The notes under the pieces were generated by a model. That model saw nothing but the letters and a program-made list of their open reading frames with translations, was not told the origin of the DNA and made no database searches. 64,000 bases of DNA from Candidatus Nezhaarchaeota archaeon (lineage in GTDB: Archaea; Thermoproteota; Methanomethylicia; Nezhaarchaeales; WYZ-LMO8): contig JANXDO010000001.1 of the NCBI GenBank assembly GCA_025059375.1, positions 44,575-108,574 of the forward strand. The letters are read 5' to 3'. The first letter of the stretch is position 1, and every line of letters starts with the position of its first letter. Positions 57,343 through 64,000 of the stretch are shown here, piece by piece. A program made the position numbers and the translations under genes.

Positions 57343-57615
57343 TTGACTAGGCTTACTTTTGAAGATGGTTATGAAGTTGCGAAACTCGTAGCTAAGGGCA
57401 CCGATCTCGCTAGATTACGAAGAATACACGAGATTTTAAAGAGGACTTTAACATGTTTCACTGACGAGAGTGACGAGAGGGACTTCATGTTGGGCCTCGT
57501 AGAGGGTTTAGGTGAAATAGCTAAGCTTAGGGAGGAAGTGGCGAGACTTATTAATGTGGCCAAGTCTCTAGGCATCACGATTGAAGTGAACGTGAAGTAT
57601 GACGAGGAAACATGA
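57343..57615 (+). CDS. hypothetical protein
   Basis: 90-aa helical-looking ORF with no motif recognised. Confidence 0.4.
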   Translation: MTRLTFEDGYEVAKLVAKGTDLARLRRIHEILKRTLTCFTDESDERDFMLGLVEGLGEIAKLREEVARLINVAKSLGITIEVNVKYDEET

Positions 57616-57737
57616 TCCGTAGGCCCCTTAAATGAGGCTGCGATTGATTAAACGTGCCTTCATTACTACAAGGATACTAAGCCTGACTTAAGGTTTTAAA
57701 GGAGGCAATTCTCTAGAGTACTGAGTCTATCATAAAA

Positions 57738-59345
57738 TTGAGGGTAGCTCAATTGAAGGAGCATTGGCTCGACGAGTTTGTGGTTGAGGTCCTAGGTAAA
57801 TCCAAGGAGCATGTAGTGGCTAGCGGGACATCGATCTCAGGCTCAGCACACATTGGGAACATAGCTGACCCCCTCTACGCGCATGCACTTGTAGAGGAGA
57901 TAAGGCGAAGGGGTGGGAAAGCTGAAGCTCTATGGATTGCCGATGACATGGACCCTCTCGATAGCGTGCCCCCACCAATACCAAGTGACTTTAATAAGTA
58001 CCTAGGCATGCCTTACGTTGACACTCCCGACCCCTATCAATGCTGCCAAAGCTGGGCAGAGCACTTCACGAAGGAGTTCTTAAGTGCTATTGAGGAATTG
58101 GGTCTTGAGGTTAAGTATCTATCGGGTGCGGTAATGTATCGTGATGGAACCTACCTACCGTGGATAAGGATCTCCTTAGAGAAGGCTGCCACCATAAGGG
58201 ACATACTGTTGAAGGTTAGTGGCATCTCAAAACAAGGCGACTGGCTTCCATATATGCCTGTATGCGAGGGATGCGGCAAAATAGGAACTACATACGCCTA
58301 TAACTTTCAGGGCGATAAGGTCCTCTACAAGTGCAATATTGATGCTGGCTACGCTAAGGGATGTGGATACCAAGGAGAGTGCAACATTAAGGATGGTAGG
58401 GGGAAGTTACAGTGGAGGGTTGAGTGGGCCGCTCGATGGGCCGCTCTAGGAGTTACGATAGAACCATTTGGTAAGGAGCATGCGGCAGCTGGAGGGTCAT
58501 ACGATACGAGCAAGTTGATAGTTAAGGAAGTCTTTGGTAAAGAACCTCCAATACCACTAACCTATGAGCACGTTATGATTAGTGGTAAGAAGATGTCTAA
58601 GTCAAAGGGCAATGTTTTCACACCGTCACAATGGTTTGAAGTGGCTCCACCTCAAGTCTTAAAATTCTTTCTTTTCAGAGTGCATCCGATGAGACACAAG
58701 GACTTTAGGGTTGAGGATCTACCAAATCTTGTAGATGAGTATGAGAGAGCTGAGAGGATATATTATGGCTTTGAGACACTTAAAGACCCAAAGCTGACGG
58801 CTTTAGCTAAAAGGAACTATGAACTATCTCAAATAGGTAAACCAGACCCCGTAATGCCAATACAATTACCATACGACTTCACGGTCGTCTTAGTGCAACT
58901 ATACCCCGACATAAAGGTTGAAAGGCTGCTTGAAATACTGAAGTTGACGGGTCATTTATGGAGAGAGCCGACGCAAAGAGACGTTGAGAGATTATTAACG
59001 AGATTGAAGCATGCATCTAACTGGACTAAAAAGTATGCACCGGAGAGTGTTAAGATAAGGCTTCTAGATGATTCATCAACTATAAGCACCATGCTCTCAG
59101 AGAAGCAAAAGGAAGCTTTGATTAAAGCTGCTGAACTGCTACTTGAAAGAGAATGGAATTTAAACGAACTAAACAACAAGTTCTTTGAATTATCAAGATC
59201 TATGGGCCTACCCCCCTCTGACTTCTTTGAAGCTGCGTATTTAGCACTACTAGGAAAGAAATCTGGTCCTAGACTTGTGAACTTTGTTGCTGCGATAGGA
59301 AGAGATAAGGTAGCCAAGTTCTTCCTTAGTGCTGCGAGAAAGTAA
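57738..59345 (+). CDS. lysK: lysine--tRNA ligase, class I
   Basis: SGSAHIGN (HIGH variant) and KMSKSKG. 535 aa. Confidence 0.9.
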   Translation: MRVAQLKEHWLDEFVVEVLGKSKEHVVASGTSISGSAHIGNIADPLYAHALVEEIRRRGGKAEALWIADDMDPLDSVPPPIPSDFNKYLGMPYVDTPDPYQCCQSWAEHFTKEFLSAIEELGLEVKYLSGAVMYRDGTYLPWIRISLEKAATIRDILLKVSGISKQGDWLPYMPVCEGCGKIGTTYAYNFQGDKVLYKCNIDAGYAKGCGYQGECNIKDGRGKLQWRVEWAARWAALGVTIEPFGKEHAAAGGSYDTSKLIVKEVFGKEPPIPLTYEHVMISGKKMSKSKGNVFTPSQWFEVAPPQVLKFFLFRVHPMRHKDFRVEDLPNLVDEYERAERIYYGFETLKDPKLTALAKRNYELSQIGKPDPVMPIQLPYDFTVVLVQLYPDIKVERLLEILKLTGHLWREPTQRDVERLLTRLKHASNWTKKYAPESVKIRLLDDSSTISTMLSEKQKEALIKAAELLLEREWNLNELNNKFFELSRSMGLPPSDFFEAAYLALLGKKSGPRLVNFVAAIGRDKVAKFFLSAARK

Positions 59346-59653
59346 ACACTGTGGGCGGCCATCATTAAAAAGGATGAGCTTGTTTACGTTTAGAGGAGGA
59401 TCCATAATCTTTGACCTGAGCTGCGATGAGGGGGTTTGCATGAAGATAAGCAATCACTCATTAATAGTGCATTAGTCAAACCCTAATGCCCCTACAACCC
59501 TCATGGACGTACCATTATGCTCATCGTTGATCACGAGTGTTAGCAGGACACTATGACCTACTGAGCCTTCCTTAAATCTAGCTCCTTCTGGTAAGCCTTA
59601 TTAGCTAGGATAGCTAAGCTTCGCAAAAGTAGCTAAGCACGAGGTGGGGTTAA

Positions 59654-61735
59654 GTGTACTGGCTTGCCATTATAGCTTCCTTTGCAGCTTTGCTTATCGC
59701 AGCTGTCTTAGTAGCTTCAATAATATTTAAGCCCAAGGGCGCTGGGCGCATGATTGAAATCTACGAAGCCATCAAACAAGGAGCTAAAGCCTACTTAAAT
59801 CGACAGTACAAGACACTCTTAGTCTTCATAGCTCTGCTTTCCTTAGTGTTCGCTATAGCTGTGGACTATAGCTTCTTTGCCTCGGGACGATACTCATCTT
59901 ACTTTCCATACACCGGCCTATCCTTCCTAGTTGGTTCCCTACTTTCAGCTCTGGCTGGCTACGTAGGAATGAGAGTTGCTGTGGAGTGCAACGTTAGAAC
60001 TGCCTATGCAGCCAGCAGTGGCTTGAGGGCAGCCTTAAGCATGTCGTTCAAAGGTGGACTGGTCATGGGCTTATGCATGGTTGGCTTTGCATTACTGGGA
60101 GTTACATTGTTTTATCAACTCTATGGCACGAACCCCTTCCTATTTGCTGGCTTCGGCTTTGGTGGCAGTCTCGTAGCACTTTTTGCTAGAATTGGCGGAG
60201 GCATATACACTAAGTCAGCTGACGTAGGAGCAGATCTAGTAGGCAAGATCGAGGCTGGGATACCTGAAGATGACCCTCGAAACCCTGCGGTAATAGCTGA
60301 TGCTGTTGGAGACAACGTTGGCGATGTAGCTGGAATGGCAGCCGACATCTTTGAAACTTACGCCGTCACTTTGATAGGTGCAATGTTGCTAGGCTGGCCC
60401 CTCTTTAAGCAGTACGGTAATATCGCTTTTCTAGAATATCCACTAATCCTAGGTGCTATAGCCATCTTCGCCACATTACTTGGCTCCCTAGTAGTAAGGG
60501 TTAGGGATGGAGGTGACCCTACATCAGCCATATTTAGAGGAATAGCTGTTACCGCACTGCTAGCAATCATAGGTTTCCTCTATGCTACATGGCAGCTGTT
60601 CCGCTCCTTCGAGTTATTCTATGCAGCTATGATAGGTGTAGTTATAGTCGTGCTACTTGCAGTATTCACAATTTACTACACTTCATACAACTACTCGCCC
60701 ACTAAGTCGATAGCTGAGGCAGCTCAAGCTGGACCAGCCATTAACATCATAAGAGGTCTAGCCAACGGCCTTGAGAGCACCTTTCTCCCAATACTGGTCA
60801 TAGCGCTGGGCGTAATTGGGGCTTACTGGCTTGCTGGAGGGGGTGCCGGCAACATTGCCATGGGGATGTATGGGGTGGCCATAGCAGTCATGGCTATGCT
60901 CTCCATAGCCGGGATCATAGTCTCAGTAGATGCTTACGGTCCCATAGTCGACAATGCTGGTGGCATCATCGAAATGGCCGGTCTAGAACCCAAGGCTAGG
61001 GAAGTAACTGATGTGCTTGATGCTGTTGGAAACACGACCAAGGCATTAACAAAGACATTCGCTATAGGTAGTGCAGGTTTAGCAGCATTATCACTCTTAC
61101 TGGCCTATATTGAGGAAATAGCACACTTCATGAAGATAGAGCTAAGCGATCTGGTAATTAGACTATCACTTGTCCAACCGGGTGTAGTTTTAGGTCTTTT
61201 GCTTGGAAGTGGCTTAGTATTCCTATTTGCAGCTCTCTGCATGAAGGCAGTGGGTAAGGGGGCCTTCAGTATGGTGTCCGAGGTCAGAAGACAATTTAAG
61301 GAGATACCTGGCATCATGGAGGGTAAGGCTAAACCCGATTACGCTAAGTGCGTAGACATAGCCACTCGCACCGCGTTAAAAGGCATGGCTTTACCGGGGG
61401 CTTTAGTGGTCCTAAGTCCGATAATCATAGGCTTCATATTCGGTCCCTACGCCCTCGCGGGTCTTTTGATAGGAAGCATCGTCGCAGGCTTGGCGCTTGC
61501 CCTAATGATGGCTAACGGAGGAGCTGCATGGGACAATGCAAAGAAGTACATTGAAACTGGTGCCTTTGGAGGAAAGCGCTCACCTGCTCATGCTGCTGCG
61601 GTCGTAGGGGACACTGTTGGAGATCCCTGCAAGGACACAGCTGGTCCAGCTATAAATCCAATGATAAAGGCCATAAACATGATCTCAATAATCTTCGCAG
61701 GCCTCATACTCATGGCAGCCATGCTATCCATATAA
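59654..61735 (+). CDS. hppA: membrane-bound ion-translocating pyrophosphatase
   Basis: GGGIYTKSADVGADLVGK, DNVGDVAGM and GDTVGDPCKDT blocks. About 16 TM segments. Confidence 0.93.
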   Translation: MYWLAIIASFAALLIAAVLVASIIFKPKGAGRMIEIYEAIKQGAKAYLNRQYKTLLVFIALLSLVFAIAVDYSFFASGRYSSYFPYTGLSFLVGSLLSALAGYVGMRVAVECNVRTAYAASSGLRAALSMSFKGGLVMGLCMVGFALLGVTLFYQLYGTNPFLFAGFGFGGSLVALFARIGGGIYTKSADVGADLVGKIEAGIPEDDPRNPAVIADAVGDNVGDVAGMAADIFETYAVTLIGAMLLGWPLFKQYGNIAFLEYPLILGAIAIFATLLGSLVVRVRDGGDPTSAIFRGIAVTALLAIIGFLYATWQLFRSFELFYAAMIGVVIVVLLAVFTIYYTSYNYSPTKSIAEAAQAGPAINIIRGLANGLESTFLPILVIALGVIGAYWLAGGGAGNIAMGMYGVAIAVMAMLSIAGIIVSVDAYGPIVDNAGGIIEMAGLEPKAREVTDVLDAVGNTTKALTKTFAIGSAGLAALSLLLAYIEEIAHFMKIELSDLVIRLSLVQPGVVLGLLLGSGLVFLFAALCMKAVGKGAFSMVSEVRRQFKEIPGIMEGKAKPDYAKCVDIATRTALKGMALPGALVVLSPIIIGFIFGPYALAGLLIGSIVAGLALALMMANGGAAWDNAKKYIETGAFGGKRSPAHAAAVVGDTVGDPCKDTAGPAINPMIKAINMISIIFAGLILMAAMLSI

Positions 61736-62237
61736 TTATCTCATTTTTTAGTCTAGCATCTTGACATAGACGTTAAACAACTTCATATAGACGCGCCACT
61801 GAAAGATGTTGAGCTCGAGGACTTATTAAAGCACGCAAATAATTAGCTAAGCCATTTAAAGATTTTAGCTCCCTTGAATAAACCGTCAGTGACAAACATT
61901 TTAATGTAAAAACTGATTTCACCCCCAAAGATCCGTCATATCCCATTTGTGGGGAAGTTCTAATAAACGGGCAGTGAGCTTGAAGAGCTCACAAAAGCTT
62001 AAAACTTTCACCACTAGCTTCTGAAGCACCTAACCTTAAAGGGAGGGTGACCTAAGTCCATAACTCCATCTATGCGATGGGCAAGGACGGATGTTGCTCA
62101 TGACCCTTGAGAACGTCGAGGACGATAGTAGGCATGTTTAAATAGATGCTTCTCGCTGTTAGCTCATCCTCCAGAGTGTGAACCTCTTTTCTTGAGGTTT
62201 GCATTCTGGGGAAAAACCCGAGGTGAGGTGAAAAGGT

Positions 62238-62453
62238 ATGAGGACTAGAGGTGGTAGAGGTAGACTACCTAAGCCAGTGGTTTTAGGGCAAGAGTACGAG
62301 GTGGACATAACCGAAGTAAGTAGGCGAGGCGATGGATTAGCTAGGATTCAAGGTTTCATCATATTCGTTCCTGGCACGCAAAAAGGAGACAAAGTAAGGA
62401 TTAGAATAACGAAAATAGGCAGAAGCTATGCGATAGGAGAGGTAGTTGAGTAG
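62238..62453 (+). CDS. TRAM domain protein (second paralog)
   Basis: YEVDITEVSRRGDGLARIQGFIIFVPGTQKGDKVRIRI parallels the 52811..53029 protein. Confidence 0.8.
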   Translation: MRTRGGRGRLPKPVVLGQEYEVDITEVSRRGDGLARIQGFIIFVPGTQKGDKVRIRITKIGRSYAIGEVVE

Positions 62454-62782
62454 TCCTTTCGTGAAAGGGCGTATCTTAAAGCTGAACTTAACACGTAACC
62501 GACGATAAAAAGACGATAAACTCAAGCTGGATGCCTGAAGGAAGTTATGCACTCAACTTCCAGAATTTTTAATATCTCTTTATTCCTTAGAAGTAATTAG
62601 AGAACACTCACAATATCATGCCTAATGTTATCAACTGTAAACCCTAACTTTTTGTACTGCTAAACGCTATTTAACACCTAGACTTTAACTTCAGTGTGTA
62701 GGTGAGTATAGTATTGAAACCTTAAGGGGTTAATTACTAAGATTTTTATCTTAGTTCATGAGCTGAGCACACAGGATGCTGT

Positions 62783-63661
62783 ATGTTTAAGTTTAAGGTT
62801 CAACAGAAAGTACTTGATGTTGCTGGGATTAAGGTTGGCGGTTCAAGAGATGAAAACCCCCCGGTTCTCATAGGTTCAATATTTTACCATAAACACAAGA
62901 TAGTTAAGGATGAGAATAAGGGGGAATTCGATAAAGAGGAAGCTGAGAGACTAATAAAGTCTCAAGAGGAGGTCTCGGACAAAACGAAGATCCCATGCAT
63001 GGTCGATGTTGTTGCTCAATCCCCTGAAGCCATGGTAAAGTACATCGATTTCGTCTCTAAAGTTTCCAATAAGCCACTCTTGATTGATACATCCATCGCA
63101 CAAGTGATGAGGACCGCATTTAGTTACGCTAAAGAAGTCGGTTTGTTGGACAGGGTCATCTTTAACTCGCTGACGTACAGATCTAAGGATGAGGAGCTCA
63201 ACATCCTCAAAGAATATGAAGTCAAGTCAGCAATACTCCTCCTCTATACCAGCAGGGTAATGGACGTAAATGCTCGCTTGGAAGCTTTAAAAGAGTTACT
63301 TATCAAATCCGAAAAGGTGGGTATAAGGTCCCCACTGATAGACACCTTTGTGATAGACATACCAAGCCTCTCAGCCGCTTTAAGAACCATAATTCACATA
63401 AAGTCTACACTTGGCCTTCCCTGTGGTTGCGGCGCGCATAATGCCATTTCAGTGATGAGGAGGAAGTTCAAGGAGGCTTATGGAGAGGAGGGGCTAATCT
63501 CTGCTGAAACGGCATCGAACATAGCCCCAATAGTTCTATCAGCAGACTTCGTGCTCTATGGACCTATAGAGGCATGCAAAATCGCCTTTCCAGCCGCATA
63601 TGTGATAACCACGTCATATAGATATCTTGCCAAAAAGAAAGAGCTAATGATAGAACTTTAG
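62783..63661 (+). CDS. mtrH: MtrH-family methyltransferase (tetrahydromethanopterin S-methyltransferase subunit H-like), stand-alone
   Basis: IKVGGSRDENPPVLIGSIFY and GCGAHNA blocks are typical of MtrH. No mtrA-G genes are adjacent. Confidence 0.78.
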   Translation: MFKFKVQQKVLDVAGIKVGGSRDENPPVLIGSIFYHKHKIVKDENKGEFDKEEAERLIKSQEEVSDKTKIPCMVDVVAQSPEAMVKYIDFVSKVSNKPLLIDTSIAQVMRTAFSYAKEVGLLDRVIFNSLTYRSKDEELNILKEYEVKSAILLLYTSRVMDVNARLEALKELLIKSEKVGIRSPLIDTFVIDIPSLSAALRTIIHIKSTLGLPCGCGAHNAISVMRRKFKEAYGEEGLISAETASNIAPIVLSADFVLYGPIEACKIAFPAAYVITTSYRYLAKKKELMIEL

Positions 63662-63762
63662 CGCCTCCAATTAGCCTAAGTTACTGAGGTTTCGTTAATG
63701 CTCTTAACCTCCAACTCTAATGATTATATTCTAAAAAGTGGGGGAGAGGAGGGCACACGTCG

Positions 63763-64000
63763 CTAGCACACACCGTACTTTAATGCGGCATTAATGTACG
63801 CTCTAACATTAGCTATTGGCGTACCCCTTGGTAACCCAAAAGCTACTCCCGGTGACAGTATAAAGCCTCCTTCAAGCTTAACTTGGTTAAGAAGGTTCTT
63901 TATGTACTCCTCTATCTTCTCAGGCGTCCCACCTACAAGTAGAGGTACAGGGACTCCGCCCATCACAGTTGTATGTCCTTTAAGCTTCTCCCACACCTTA
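63763..64000 (-). CDS. uroporphyrinogen decarboxylase-family methyltransferase (MtaA/MtbA-like), C-terminal fragment; N-terminus lies beyond the window end
   Basis: C-terminal GGFILSPGVAFGLPRGTPIANVRAYINAALKYG resembles URO-D/MtaA-family tails. The ORF stays open to the window edge. Confidence 0.6.
   Translation of the reverse strand, partial: KVWEKLKGHTTVMGGVPVPLLVGGTPEKIEEYIKNLLNQVKLEGGFILSPGVAFGLPRGTPIANVRAYINAALKYGVC

Noticed and set aside
61736-62237. Long AT-rich spacers (also 21025..21620 and 47876..48453) considered as replication origins.
   Set aside because: No repeated ORB-like boxes are present, only weak single resemblances. No orc1/cdc6 gene is adjacent.
1-64000. Whole-window check for CRISPR arrays, transposons, prophage or defence islands.
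   Set aside because: I saw no regularly spaced repeats, cas genes, integrases, restriction-modification systems or toxin-antitoxin pairs. The KaiC-like ATPase is a common archaeal housekeeping or signalling family with no defence-type partners here.

Overview
This window is a gene-dense stretch of an archaeal chromosome, roughly 68 genes with short spacers and many 4-nt start/stop overlaps. No mobile elements, CRISPR arrays or rRNA were seen. Archaeal markers include topoisomerase VI A/B, class I LysRS, O-phosphoseryl-tRNA synthetase (SepRS), ThrRS with an archaeal-type editing domain, ribosomal protein eS31, and archaeal-type riboflavin enzymes. The two structural RNA genes, tRNA-Lys(CUU) and SRP RNA, are much more GC-rich than the AT-rich surroundings, which suggests a thermophile. 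The central theme is C1 metabolism on methanofuran (MFR) and tetrahydromethanopterin (H4MPT). ftr, mtd, a fwdD-fwdB fusion, fwdA, fwdC, mer and mch all lie within about 8.5 kb, next to MFR/H4MPT-linked biosynthesis genes (mfnB, an amino-acid-kinase-like gene, a hydantoinase-like gene, a HisA-like gene). A RimK-like/CofE-like cofactor-tail operon, a riboflavin operon, and a stand-alone mtrH-like methyltransferase facing an MtaA/UroD-family gene are also present. No mcr or mtrA-G genes occur in the window, so the lineage cannot be named; a Wood-Ljungdahl or methyl-utilising archaeon is plausible. The most unusual locus is 23.6-28.3 kb: tusA, a DsrE-family gene, a long methanogen-type hdrA whose MvhD-like tail has no cysteine, an orphan GcvH-like putative lipoyl carrier, and a DsrE/F/H (TusDCB) set, all co-directional and without hdrBC. 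Other points of interest are two 4-hydroxybutyryl-CoA dehydratase paralogs, a DRG-type GTPase with degenerate G1/G3 motifs, a compact primase-like protein, and several long ORF-free spacers containing exact repeats. All functional calls come from motif recognition by eye; no database search was run.
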